Counted from the first letter of the stretch, positions 45,454-55,000 are shown. The stretch: 64,000 nt of DNA from an uncultured Pseudomonadota bacterium (GCA_963824395.1 CAWGPF010000004.1:220872-284871); one strand, 5' to 3'. The notes: generated from the letters alone by a model not told the origin. Program-made: numbers and translations.

Positions 45454-47388
45454 TCAGTGCGTAGCCGCGCTCGCCTTTAGCCAGCGATCCAGTTTCGCTT
45501 CCAGTGCTGCGAACGGCAGCATGCCATCCTCGAGTTCGACCTGATGGAATGCGCGGACGTCGAAACGCTTGCCTTGGCTTGCTTCGGCGCGCCTGCGCAT
45601 CTTGGTCCACTCGATGCCCCCGAGCGGGTAGGCGAGGACAAACCCCGGCAATCCGCTGATGAGCGCGACAGACTGCGTAGCACGCTCGGGCGGCCGCATA
45701 GGCATGGCCGCACGCAGATAATCCTCTGCCTGCTGAGTACTCCAGCCTTTCAGCTGCAGGCCCAGGTCGGCCACCATCATCGGCGTGATCGAGCTCATCT
45801 GGCGCCCGATGTAATCCACGTCGGAATCGTAAAGCTTGAGTTCGTAGGCGAAATCTTCGGCATACGTGGCCCAACCTTCCGTGGGGCCCGTGAATCCGAG
45901 AAGCCGCGCGACGGGATGGTTGCCCTTATGCCCGTGCTCGGCAAGGAACTGGATCTGAAGATGATGCCCCGGAAGCGTTTCATGCAGGATCACGTTCTGC
46001 AGGGACGGGCGGTAGAGGTCCTGCGGAACGTTTCGGTAATAGTAAGTGGCCGGATGACTGCCGTCGTCTGCCGCAGCCATGTACTGTCCTCCGGGTGCAG
46101 AGGCCTGTTGGAACTCAGGGAAAGGCTCCAGCTTTACCTTGCCGTCCGGAGGCGTGAGGATCATCTGCCCCCGCGCGGCGTAGGCGCGATCGTAGGTCCG
46201 CTGCGTGTAGTCGCGGATCTCATCGGCGCTCGCAAACTTGTTCTTCGGATCGGCGAGCATCAGCTTGGCCAGCGTAGCCCAGTCGGTCGCTTTGTCGCCG
46301 TACACCTTCTTGCCGAGCGCCAAAGCCACGGCGTGCTCACTCGCCACCTGCTTGACGGCCTCGTCGTAGAGCGTGGCTGGGTCTTCATCGACTGTCACGG
46401 TCGCGAAGATCATGCCGCGGTAGCAGGTCAGACCGTTGGGATGGCTCTGGATCGAAGGGCTTTGGCGGGCGTGAGGCAGGTACTCATCCCTCAGAAAATT
46501 GCGATACCGGCGCATTGCCGGTAGCAATTTGCTCCCGATCGTCTGCGTCCACTCGGCAACGAAGGCCGGGTTGCTGTCACGTTTCGTTGGCTCCAGGTAA
46601 CCCGTCTTGCTTGCCGGCAGGTCGACCACGCCGTTGAGCTGATCGATGGTCGCCTTCACGGTGACGAGCGATGCAGAGTATCCGAGCCGCTGTCCCTCCT
46701 TGAGGTTGGCGATCTCCTGGTCGATCCAAGCGGGAAAGTTCCCCCAGCGCGTCAGGGCCTGTTTGCGTGCGTCAGCGGTGCCGAGGGGCTGGATGGTAGC
46801 CAGCTGGGAAAGCGCGGTCTGCCATCCAAGGGGCGCAACGTCCCAAAGCTCGTTGCGGCAGACCATGGTCTTCGCATCCTGCTGGAGTGCCTGATTCAGG
46901 AAATGCCACGTTACCCATTCGGGCTGGCCGACGAGAGAGTCGTTGTTTATCTGGTGCAGTTCGGCGCCGAGCTGCTTTTCGAACGTCTGCCACTTGGTGA
47001 TCGCGGCCGGAGAGTTTATGTCGATCCCGTCGTGCCGTTCTGCGGTAAGGCCGGAGAATTCATACTGGACCGGAAAGGTGGTCTTGAATTCGGCCATATA
47101 GCGATCAGCGAGGGCGGTAACGCGAGCCGCGTCGGGAGTCTTGTCAGCCGCGTAGGCGCTCGAGCCGAGCGCGACGCATACAGTCGTCAGCGCCAGCCAG
47201 CGCGCGGCAGAAGGTCCATTGCCCGATCGGGCAACGGGCAATTGGTCGTTCGCAGACTCGTAAGGATGTAGTTTGTTCTTCACTGGATCCCAATAGCTCG
47301 TTGAAGCTGACGAGGGCAGGGTAGGCAGTCGTTTTAGAAGAGTCAACGCTGGGCGACTTAGGCGGTCCCGTTTCCAGGGCGGTGCCAA
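45454..47388 (-). CDS. DUF885-family protein (putative metallopeptidase-like), secreted
   Basis: HETLPGHHLQ motif. The signal-like RWLALTTVCVALGSSAYAAD lies ~60 aa into the track ORF, so the true start is probably internal (for example TTG 47241). Confidence 0.8.
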   Translation of the reverse strand: MAPPWKRDRLSRPALTLLKRLPTLPSSASTSYWDPVKNKLHPYESANDQLPVARSGNGPSAARWLALTTVCVALGSSAYAADKTPDAARVTALADRYMAEFKTTFPVQYEFSGLTAERHDGIDINSPAAITKWQTFEKQLGAELHQINNDSLVGQPEWVTWHFLNQALQQDAKTMVCRNELWDVAPLGWQTALSQLATIQPLGTADARKQALTRWGNFPAWIDQEIANLKEGQRLGYSASLVTVKATIDQLNGVVDLPASKTGYLEPTKRDSNPAFVAEWTQTIGSKLLPAMRRYRNFLRDEYLPHARQSPSIQSHPNGLTCYRGMIFATVTVDEDPATLYDEAVKQVASEHAVALALGKKVYGDKATDWATLAKLMLADPKNKFASADEIRDYTQRTYDRAYAARGQMILTPPDGKVKLEPFPEFQQASAPGGQYMAAADDGSHPATYYYRNVPQDLYRPSLQNVILHETLPGHHLQIQFLAEHGHKGNHPVARLLGFTGPTEGWATYAEDFAYELKLYDSDVDYIGRQMSSITPMMVADLGLQLKGWSTQQAEDYLRAAMPMRPPERATQSVALISGLPGFVLAYPLGGIEWTKMRRRAEASQGKRFDVRAFHQVELEDGMLPFAALEAKLDRWLKASAATH

Positions 47389-47572
47389 TGAACATCGGTA
47401 CCTCGCAGTTACACGCCCCTAGCAACGTCATATCATTTGTAGTTGTTACGGCCCCGCTGCCTAGATGCGCGGATGGCGTCAAGTTGCATGTGTTTGGGGC
47501 TAATCGGGCGGGGGCCGGCGATGCGTTTGCGCGGAGCGATCTCAACTACCGTCGCCGTAGTGGCGGGGCACC

Positions 47573-48082
47573 GTGATCGGCAGCTATATGCAAGAGTCTA
47601 ATTCTGATGAGGTAACGGCGCGCACGCTCATCGAAAGCCTAAAGCTGAAGCCCCATCCCGAAGGAGGGTGGTTTAGGGAAATTCATCGTGCGGATCAGTC
47701 GGTCCGAGCCGATCAGGGTGTCCGCGCGGCGATCACGAGTATCTACTACCTGCTGGAACGCGGCCAGGTTGGCCGGTGGCATATGGTGGATTCCGATGAG
47801 GTATGGCATTTTCATCGAGGGGCACCACTCGAGCTGCTCGCATATGATCCAAAGCTGCGGCTCCTTAACCAGTATGTTCTCGGGCCCGCGAACGGACAGT
47901 GTTTTGTTGCTGTCGTTCCGCGCGGTGTATGGCAGGCTGCCAGGAGCCTGGGTCCGTTCTCGCTAGTCGCCTGTGACGTGGGTCCAGGGTTCGATTTCGC
48001 GGACTTTCGATTTGTCTCCACAGTCCTTGGTCACGAAGACCACTTTGTCGGCGAGCTGCTATCACGGGCCTCACTGCTGTGA
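47573..48082 (+). CDS. cupin-fold protein (DUF985-like)
   Basis: LKLKPHPEGGWFREIHR and WHFHRGAPLEL are typical of DUF985 cupins. ATG 47588 is an alternative start. Confidence 0.8.
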   Translation: MIGSYMQESNSDEVTARTLIESLKLKPHPEGGWFREIHRADQSVRADQGVRAAITSIYYLLERGQVGRWHMVDSDEVWHFHRGAPLELLAYDPKLRLLNQYVLGPANGQCFVAVVPRGVWQAARSLGPFSLVACDVGPGFDFADFRFVSTVLGHEDHFVGELLSRASLL

Positions 48083-48271
48083 CGATGATCGTCAGCCGAT
48101 GGCGATCCCGCCAATTGTCTTCGGGTTACAGAGCCTACAGAACGCGTGGCAACCGCGTCTCTCTGTAGTCGGCGACCACAGGCTCATTTCCAGAAGAGCG
48201 TACGCAGCTGCGCGAGCGTGCCTCCCGATGACTGTGCAAACTGGGCCGCCGAACGCACTCAAACCACGCTA

Positions 48272-48300
48272 AACGGACTCGCAATCCGTTGCGACACCGC
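48272..48300. repeat. short relative of the dispersed repeat (copy C; hairpin AACGGA-n7-TCCGTT then GCGAC)
   Basis: It shares only the hairpin plus ~10 nt with copies A and B, so the assignment is weak. Confidence 0.3.
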
Positions 48301-48411
48301 GCATTGGGCTTAGAAAGCTGCGATCCGCGAGACCGACGTCATCTATTTGTGAAAGCTTAGTGCACTGCCAGGCACCACAATCTGCGTGCAGCGCCTGGCA
48401 TTGGAAGTCAC

Positions 48412-48440
48412 TGGACGACTGTATCGCTATGCGATACAAT
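48412..48440 (+). promoter_or_regulatory. higBA promoter with palindromic operator (leaderless-type)
   Basis: Perfect dyad TGTATCGC-tat-GCGATACA (48420..48438) overlaps the -10-like TACAAT (48435..48440). The -35-like TGGACG lies 17 nt upstream. The higB ATG is 7 nt downstream, with no SD. Confidence 0.5.
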
Positions 48441-48447
48441 ATGCACC

Positions 48448-48729
48448 ATGCCCATCCGCAGTTTCCGGCACGATGGCCTGGAGAGATTTTTCCGCACCAA
48501 AAGTAAGGCGGGGATCCAACCCAAACATGCGCAGAGACTGAACCTTCAGCTCGGTAGGCTGGATGCTTCGATCCAGCCTATCGATATGAATCTTCCCGGC
48601 TGGTACTGGCACCCTCTCACGGGCAAGGACGCGGGCCGCTGGTCGGTGAGAGTGAATGGGAATTGGCGCGTCACTTTCACATTTGAGGGCCGAGATGCAG
48701 CCCAAGTGGATTACGAGGACTACCATTGA
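48448..48729 (+). CDS. higB: HigB toxin (RelE/ParE fold, plasmid maintenance system killer family)
   Basis: MPIRSFRHDGLERFFRTKSKAGIQPKHAQRL...WSVRVNGNWRVTFTFEGRDAAQVDYEDYH is the canonical HigB pattern. Confidence 0.85.
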   Translation: MPIRSFRHDGLERFFRTKSKAGIQPKHAQRLNLQLGRLDASIQPIDMNLPGWYWHPLTGKDAGRWSVRVNGNWRVTFTFEGRDAAQVDYEDYH

Positions 48730-48742
48730 GCGGAATCACATT

Positions 48743-49210
48743 ATGAGTGAAATGCACAGCCCGCCGCACCCGGGCGCGATTCTCGCCGACACAGTGCTGG
48801 GTCCCGAGGGTGGCAAATCTGTTTCTGCCTTCGCGGATGAGCTTGGTATCTCCCGCGTAACTCTGTCTCGTGTCGTGAACGGTCGCGCCGCGGTGAGTGT
48901 GGATATGGCGCTCGCGCTTGCAGAGGCCACCGGGACCTCGCCGGAATCGTGGCTGAACATGCAGACCGCCTATGATTTGTGGAAGGCAAGAGTCGCGCGG
49001 CGTAACTCGATTAGGTCGTCAAAACCAATCCGCGCTCGCGCCGTTCGAGAGACAGCCGCGGCCAAGAGGCAGCCCCTCTCGCGCCAGACTGTTCCGGCGC
49101 GTTCTGGAGTGCGCGGCTGGACTCGGGATACGGCAACGGGAATGGTGGCGTTTAACCGCACCCCTACCGATCGCAGTAGTCGCGTCGCAGTCGCCCGTAA
49201 AAAAAAGTGA
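48743..49210 (+). CDS. higA: HigA antitoxin (Xre-HTH) with a ~70-aa basic C-terminal extension
   Basis: HPGAILADTVLGPEGGKSVSAFADELGISRVTLSRVVNGRAAVSVDMALALAEATGTSPESWLNMQTAYDLW, followed by an Arg/Lys-rich tail. ATG 48743 lies 13 nt after the higB stop. Confidence 0.85.
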   Translation: MSEMHSPPHPGAILADTVLGPEGGKSVSAFADELGISRVTLSRVVNGRAAVSVDMALALAEATGTSPESWLNMQTAYDLWKARVARRNSIRSSKPIRARAVRETAAAKRQPLSRQTVPARSGVRGWTRDTATGMVAFNRTPTDRSSRVAVARKKK

Positions 49211-49611
49211 CGGGTGAAATCAAGCATTCGGGCAGTCGCCCGGAAAAGGGGAGCTCCGATCCAGTTGGTACTGGATTGCGGCATCGCTTTGCAGTTCTTG
49301 CTTGGCTGTAGGGGCACTCCGTGGTAACCGGCGACGATCAGCCGACAAAGTGAGTGCTTAGTCTCTTAGTTGCTCTAGACGGATGGCGTTGCGGATTTCT
49401 AGCGGTTTCCCAATCAGTTGGTGCTGAGGTTCAAGTACCACGGAGTCCGGAAGTGTCTCGAGTAAGAGAGATGAAACGGGCTCAAATCGGTCCGCTACCG
49501 CTTACTCCAATCGTTACCACCCGCAAGGGTTTCAGGGTTCCGTCTTGCTAACTAGCCGCTCTGAAGCAGTCACTCGCAGCTTTCAGTAGGCTCAATACGA
49601 AGCTTAGACCA

Positions 49612-50484
49612 CTAATGCGTGGGCGTGTTGCTGTCTGGTTTGTCGAGAAACTCGCGAATCGTCAGGTTGACGAGATCGGGCCGAGTGTTGAATGTTCCGT
49701 GGTTGCTCGCCGGCACAATACTTAGTTGCCCATACGGTAGATCTCGAAATATCTCAGCAGTGTCTTCAATCGATGTGAAGTCGTGGTCGCCAGCCATAAC
49801 GAGCACCGGTATTCGAATCTTCTTGAGGTCGGCCGGCTCGATCACAATAGGCTGCAGCCACATGTCGTACGTCTTCGCCAATAGTGTCATCCAATGATCT
49901 GGACCGTCGGGACTGACTTTCGCGTAGTCGGCTAAGAACCAGGGCGGAAGCGCGGCGGCCATCTTTTGCAGATGAGCATCCAATTGCTGTTGCGACCACT
50001 GGCTGCGCAGCCGTTCCTCCGGAGACAAATCCGCCCGGATGTTCGCGCCTGAAATAACTAACCGACGGACCAGATTTGGATGATCCCGCACTAGGACCAG
50101 GGCAAGATCCGCACCGTCACTATGGCCCACAACGTCCACTGGACCGAGGCCAAGTTGCTCGATGATCGCTGCGGTGTCGTCAGCCATTATTTTATAGGAC
50201 AGAGACCACGGGCCGTCCGGGCTATGGCCGTACCCGCGTTGATCGATGCCGACGACCGTGCGAAAGGCCGAGAAATAATCCCGCTGCTTGGCGAAGCTAT
50301 TGTCAAAGAACGCCATACCACCGTGCAAGAATACGATCGGCGGACCGTGGCCGTAGATTTGTGTATAGAGCTTTGCGCCCCTCACCTCATAGTAGCGTTG
50401 AGTGCTATCTGAGTTATCCGCAGTCGCAGCAATGGGGCCGCATGCACCGATAACAGCGATAACGGCACGTGCGAAAATATTCAC
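49612..50484 (-). CDS. alpha/beta hydrolase, secreted
   Basis: Signal-like MNIFARAVIAVIGACGPIAATA, HGGMAF oxyanion region, nucleophile elbow GHSDGA, and C-terminal NHG. Confidence 0.85.
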   Translation of the reverse strand: MNIFARAVIAVIGACGPIAATADNSDSTQRYYEVRGAKLYTQIYGHGPPIVFLHGGMAFFDNSFAKQRDYFSAFRTVVGIDQRGYGHSPDGPWSLSYKIMADDTAAIIEQLGLGPVDVVGHSDGADLALVLVRDHPNLVRRLVISGANIRADLSPEERLRSQWSQQQLDAHLQKMAAALPPWFLADYAKVSPDGPDHWMTLLAKTYDMWLQPIVIEPADLKKIRIPVLVMAGDHDFTSIEDTAEIFRDLPYGQLSIVPASNHGTFNTRPDLVNLTIREFLDKPDSNTPTH

Positions 50485-50822
50485 GATGCTTGTCTCGGGT
50501 CAGCGTAAGCGTAATTAGGATACGCGATCTCCAGCACCGTTGCTGTCCGACATTAGTCAGGCTAGAGGTGACTCGGCAGGATCACGAAGTGACCAACCGG
50601 GACAAGACAGACATAGCGGCGCTATGACTAACCAGCCGGCGACATCAGCCGCTACGGTTCTGCCGGGTCGCAATCGGCAGAGACGGCCGGCGGATTCGCA
50701 AACCGCTGGTAACGAGGGTAAGACGTTGATTCAGCGGTGAGCGGCGCCGGTTCGGCGCACTTTCGGTGCATCCACCGCTTCGCAGCATAGTGCTCACGCC
50801 CGCTGCGATGCCTGCTGGCGAA

Positions 50823-51224
50823 CTACGACCAAAGGCGTAAAGCGCAGTGCTTTGCCATTCCCTGAAAATCCCGATCGCTCGACAGCATCCGCAGACTGTG
50901 GCGAATGCACAATTGCGCCAGAATCGCGTCGATAGTCCCAACCTGAACGCCATTGCGACGGCATGTATTGCGAAGCGCAGCCGCTTCGACATGATCCGTC
51001 CGGTCAGGGACGAGGAGGGGAAGTGCGGAAAACCCGTCCAGAATCTGCGTGCGCGCTTTCGGTCCCGAGAAGCCCTGGAGAAGCTCCTGCAGTACCAGGC
51101 CGGCGGTCAGCACCAGCTCGCCGTCATGAAGCGCCTTGGTGAGGGCGGCGACCTGGGGGACAGGCGCGGGCTGATCCCTGCGTAGCGCGAGCGACCAGAC
51201 GCTGGTATCAACAAATAGGCTCAA
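50823..51224 (-). CDS. vapC: type II toxin VapC (PIN domain)
   Basis: LFVDTSVW, QELLQG, TIDAILAQ and SSDRDF acidic positions. TTG 51224 overlaps the antitoxin TGA (TTGA), the same arrangement as in vapBC-1. Confidence 0.8.
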   Translation of the reverse strand: MSLFVDTSVWSLALRRDQPAPVPQVAALTKALHDGELVLTAGLVLQELLQGFSGPKARTQILDGFSALPLLVPDRTDHVEAAALRNTCRRNGVQVGTIDAILAQLCIRHSLRMLSSDRDFQGMAKHCALRLWS

Positions 51225-51421
51225 TCGCGCGAGCGCTCCGACTTGTAGTCGTAGCTCTGATCCCACTCAAGCTTTCCCATGAGATCCAGCAGGCGCTTCT
51301 GCCTGCGCCGCGCCACAAATTCCTCCAGGGCTTTCGTGACAGCCGCCTTCTTCGTCCGCTCGCCACTGACTTCCAGGGCGCGCTCGATCAGAGCGGGGTC
51401 AATGGACAGATTGGTCGCCAT
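51221..51421 (-). CDS. vapB: type II antitoxin VapB (DUF2191-like)
   Basis: MATNLSIDPALIERALEVSGERTKKAAVTKALEEFVARRRQKRLLDLMG. ggagg lies 8 nt upstream of the ATG. Confidence 0.8.
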   Translation of the reverse strand: MATNLSIDPALIERALEVSGERTKKAAVTKALEEFVARRRQKRLLDLMGKLEWDQSYDYKSERSRD

Positions 51422-51513
51422 GTGTGAACCTCCACACATCAGTCTACACAATGTGCGTCCGACGGGCGAGCCCACTGTAAACGGTGCCCGCGGATCAAAA
51501 CGATGCACGTGCA

Positions 51514-52824
51514 TCAACGGCGAGCACTCCGCTGGCGGCAAACGTAAGCCATTGACGCTGCGGCGGCATTGGGGACGTTGGGCCGTCCTCGGGCAAATTG
51601 CGTGTATCCGGGTATCGTGCAGCGGTCAGCGTAGAGGCTGGCCGCAATGGCGAGCCATACCGGGATGGCGAACAGTAGCCAAGGCAGGTTCTGTTGCGCG
51701 TTGTGCATCGTGAGACGAATCAGCAGGCCGACCAGCGAGCCGCCTACCTGGATGGCGACAAGCATTCGCAGAAGCGGACTACCCCCGTTCTGTGTTCTAG
51801 AACGCCATATGCCGCGGATCATGAAGAACGCCAGGGGGTTGAAGATGAGCAGGTTCGCGTTGCTCCACGCGGCGTAATGGGTGGTGAGCGTCCAGAACGC
51901 GAGAAGCAGCGTGCCCATTACGCCAGCAAAGAGTAGAAATATAATGATCACGCTCGCGCCCAGCGTTCGAAAACGGAGGCGCGTGAACGCAATCGCTGTG
52001 GCGAGGAGCAGGCCCGCTACAGCCAGGGGCCATGTGAAGTCGGGAGGCGCGGATGGTGGTGGCAGCAGCCGGCTGGGAGCCACCTCGCGTTCCTCCGTTA
52101 CCACGGGGATCAGGCCGCCGTGGCCGTCGGGCACGCGCGCGCGGCGTATCTCGCGTGCGAGCACCGTCGGCAGGAAGCTCTCCTGCCATTCGTTCAAGGG
52201 CCGATCCGCCGAGGGCCCGAGCGCGAGGTCCATTAACAGCATCAGCCACGGCTGGACGCTCATCAAGCGGTCGATCTGCTGGCGATAAGTCATGGGTGCG
52301 CGCCGGCCGGTCAGAGCGGGCTGCAGTGCGCCACCCAATACGGAATTCAGGGCGTCGCGGATGCGCGTCGAGCAGTTGCTGGTGAGATAGTCGTAGTCGT
52401 AACTGACGTTTTCCGGCCTCAGGTTCCACAGGAGGAAAGCCCGCAAGGTCTGAGCCTGTTCGGGCGAGAGCGCGAGCCGTTGTACAAGCACGGAACGGCC
52501 GTCCTCGACGTAGTCCTGTTGGTTGATGTCGCTGGTGCCGATGTCGATCATGTAGCGCATATGACCGCGCGCGAAGTTCCTCAGGAAGGCGCTGTCGCTG
52601 AAGTCGAACACGCCGTAGTTAATGTCTCCGGATTCTCCGGAGAGGCGGTCGCGAATGCGGATCGCGTTGTGCCCGAATCGCTCCCAGTAAACGGCGCCGG
52701 GCCCAAATGTGACCAGCGAGACCTCCAGATCCTGGGCCGGAGCATCGAGCATCCCGGCGCGGACGCCCGCAGAAGCACTCAGAGCAAGCAGCGTGTGACA
52801 CAGGAGCGTAAGAATTCTTGGCAA
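51514..52824 (-). CDS. DUF4105-like periplasmic domain + multi-TM membrane protein
   Basis: Signal peptide, then SLVTFGPGAVYWERFGHNAIRI...NYGVFDF (DUF4105 pattern), then ~6 hydrophobic segments. Confidence 0.75.
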   Translation of the reverse strand: MPRILTLLCHTLLALSASAGVRAGMLDAPAQDLEVSLVTFGPGAVYWERFGHNAIRIRDRLSGESGDINYGVFDFSDSAFLRNFARGHMRYMIDIGTSDINQQDYVEDGRSVLVQRLALSPEQAQTLRAFLLWNLRPENVSYDYDYLTSNCSTRIRDALNSVLGGALQPALTGRRAPMTYRQQIDRLMSVQPWLMLLMDLALGPSADRPLNEWQESFLPTVLAREIRRARVPDGHGGLIPVVTEEREVAPSRLLPPPSAPPDFTWPLAVAGLLLATAIAFTRLRFRTLGASVIIIFLLFAGVMGTLLLAFWTLTTHYAAWSNANLLIFNPLAFFMIRGIWRSRTQNGGSPLLRMLVAIQVGGSLVGLLIRLTMHNAQQNLPWLLFAIPVWLAIAASLYADRCTIPGYTQFARGRPNVPNAAAASMAYVCRQRSARR

Positions 52825-52874
52825 GGACGTCGTCTTTGGTTATTGATGCCGGGGGCGTCGCACCCAGCCTGGAG

Positions 52875-54269
52875 TTACGGCGCCAGCAGGTGGTCCACGT
52901 AATCGAGAGCCTCCTTCGGGAACGGGGGATACATCATGGCGGCCCCGCTCTTCGCATCGAGTGCGTCCTCGACCACGGCGCGGGCGTTGGAGAATTCGAT
53001 GAAGCCCGCCTCACCTCCGAGGCGCCCGATGCCACTGTGGTTGGCACCGCCGAAGGGGAGGGACTGGATATTGGCCTGCACGACGGCGCAGTTGATGGCA
53101 CTCGTGCCGGCACGGGTGTGGTCCAGGAACCAGTCGGCCGCCTCGCGTTCCTGCGTAAAGATATAGATCGCCAAGGGCTTCGGGCGCCTGGCAATTTCGG
53201 CGATCGCCTGCTCGCGGTCCGAAAAGCCCTCCACGAACAGCACCGGGCCGAACACCTCTTCGTCGTATATCGACATCGCTGGCGTCACCCCCAGGAGGAT
53301 GGTCGGTGCCACAAAGCGCGTGGCGGGGTCCGCCTGACCACCCATGAGGACCGTCGCACCCTTGGCGACGGCGTCGTCGATCAGGGCCTTGATCCGGCGC
53401 ACGTGACGCTCATTGACGATCCGGGCGAGATCGGGCGATGCGGCGTAGCCGGTGCCCTTGGGATCGTAGAAGGCGCGAATCTTCTCCTGGAGAGCCATCA
53501 GGAAGCGGTCCTTGATGCTGTCGTCAACCAGGATGTAGTCGGGACTGAGGCAAACCTGCCCGCAGATGATGTGCCGTGCGAAGGCGAGTTTTGCGGCCGT
53601 ATCCTCAATGTCGGCACTTGCATCGACGACGGCCGGGTTCTTGCCGCCCATCTCGAGCGTGACACCCGCGAAGTTCTTGGCAGCCGCTTCCATGATGAGC
53701 CGGCCGATCCGGTTATTGCCCACGTAGCAGATATGGTCAAAGGGGAGCCTGAGCAGGGACTCGGCCACTTCCGGGCCACCCGTGATCACTGCAATCTCGT
53801 CACTCAGCCCGGCGCGCTCGATGACCTGGCGGACCAGTTCCGCCGACTCGGGTGCGACCTCGGAGGGTTTGACGACGATGGCGTTGCCGGCCGCGATCAT
53901 GCTGATGACCGGCGAGAGACTGATCAGCACGGGAGCGTTCCAGGTCGCGAGATGCAGTACGACGCCCTTGGGCTCGTAGTGAACGTAAGCGCGACGGCCC
54001 AGGAGGCTCGGCACCTGCTCCACTTCCGTGCGCGTCATCCAGCCCTCAAGTCTCTCGCAGGCGTGCAGCGCTTCCGCCTTCAGCGGCAGGAGCGCGAGCC
54101 TTCCGTCCATGCCGAGTTCTGTATCTCCTGCACGACCGATCGCCGCGCGCAGGTCGTAGACGGCCTGATACAGCCGCCGGATCTTGTCGGCGCGCTCGCG
54201 TGCCGTGGAGCGGGCGATGCGGGAGCTGCGCGCCCGGAGCTGTGCGAATACGTGCTGGTAGTCCTGCAT
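52875..54269 (-). CDS. NAD(P)-dependent aldehyde dehydrogenase (class-3/coniferyl-ALDH-like)
   Basis: LEMGGKNP, catalytic Cys context GQVCLSPDY, and EEVFGPVL. ATG 54269 follows gagagag. The track ORF extends to GTG 54350. Confidence 0.9.
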   Translation of the reverse strand: MQDYQHVFAQLRARSSRIARSTARERADKIRRLYQAVYDLRAAIGRAGDTELGMDGRLALLPLKAEALHACERLEGWMTRTEVEQVPSLLGRRAYVHYEPKGVVLHLATWNAPVLISLSPVISMIAAGNAIVVKPSEVAPESAELVRQVIERAGLSDEIAVITGGPEVAESLLRLPFDHICYVGNNRIGRLIMEAAAKNFAGVTLEMGGKNPAVVDASADIEDTAAKLAFARHIICGQVCLSPDYILVDDSIKDRFLMALQEKIRAFYDPKGTGYAASPDLARIVNERHVRRIKALIDDAVAKGATVLMGGQADPATRFVAPTILLGVTPAMSIYDEEVFGPVLFVEGFSDREQAIAEIARRPKPLAIYIFTQEREAADWFLDHTRAGTSAINCAVVQANIQSLPFGGANHSGIGRLGGEAGFIEFSNARAVVEDALDAKSGAAMMYPPFPKEALDYVDHLLAP

Positions 54270-55000
54270 TGAACGCTCTCTCTCGAAGGCAGATTGCTTG
54301 GACACGCTAAGCGGTGTCGGATTATCTGAAAGTTGCTCGTGCGTCGGCACAGGATCGCGTGGAAATGGCCGCCGTACGCCTCGATGTTCGAATCTAGCGT
54401 CTTGTGGCTAAGGGGACAATCTTTCAGAGGTCATTGCCCTGGCGCTTGCGGGATCTACCCGTCCACCGGGATTGTCGCCTGAACCCGCTTCTGGGCTGTC
54501 AGGTTCGGGAGGAGATCCGGCGTCCTTCCTCGCGGGCTCCCGATCTTGGGTGGCCCGGCGCTGCGTTTTGCACCGGTTGCTGCGCGGCCCTCCGCTCAGA
54601 TAGTAACGACATTTTCGCTGCGGGCACGGTGACGCTTGCGGACACACCACCCCCGGAAGTGAAGGCGCGGCGCAGTAACAAATTGGAATCAGTCCAGCGG
54701 TGTCCGGTCGGTGGCGACGCGAAGGCTCTGACGGCAGGCCCTACGCGAGCGCGATATCGTGCCCAGCCGGCCGAATCTCGGATTCCGACGCAGGCTCCCC
54801 ACTGTCACGAACACCAGTCCGATCTCACGGTACGCGCAGAATTTTCCGTCGTCGAGCCGAGTAAGCGCTGGCTGAGTTGACGTTATGTTTGTTGTGGTTC
54901 TCATGCCACGCGATGCCGTTGCTTTGGCTCAACCAACATGCTGAGATCGAGTCATTAAGCGCCCAGCCATGAACCGAGGCGCACTCTTGGGGTGGGGTAA

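Noticed and set aside
51502-51515. Perfect 14-bp palindrome GATGCACGTGCATC upstream of vapBC-2, considered as an operator.
   Set aside because: It overlaps the stop codon of the DUF4105 gene and lies ~80 bp from the vapB start. It could equally be a short terminator stem or chance, so I did not assign it.
52818-54272. 484-aa ORF on the plus strand.
   Set aside because: It is the antisense shadow of the aldehyde dehydrogenase gene, which carries the clear ALDH motifs LEMGGKNP and GQVCLSPDY.
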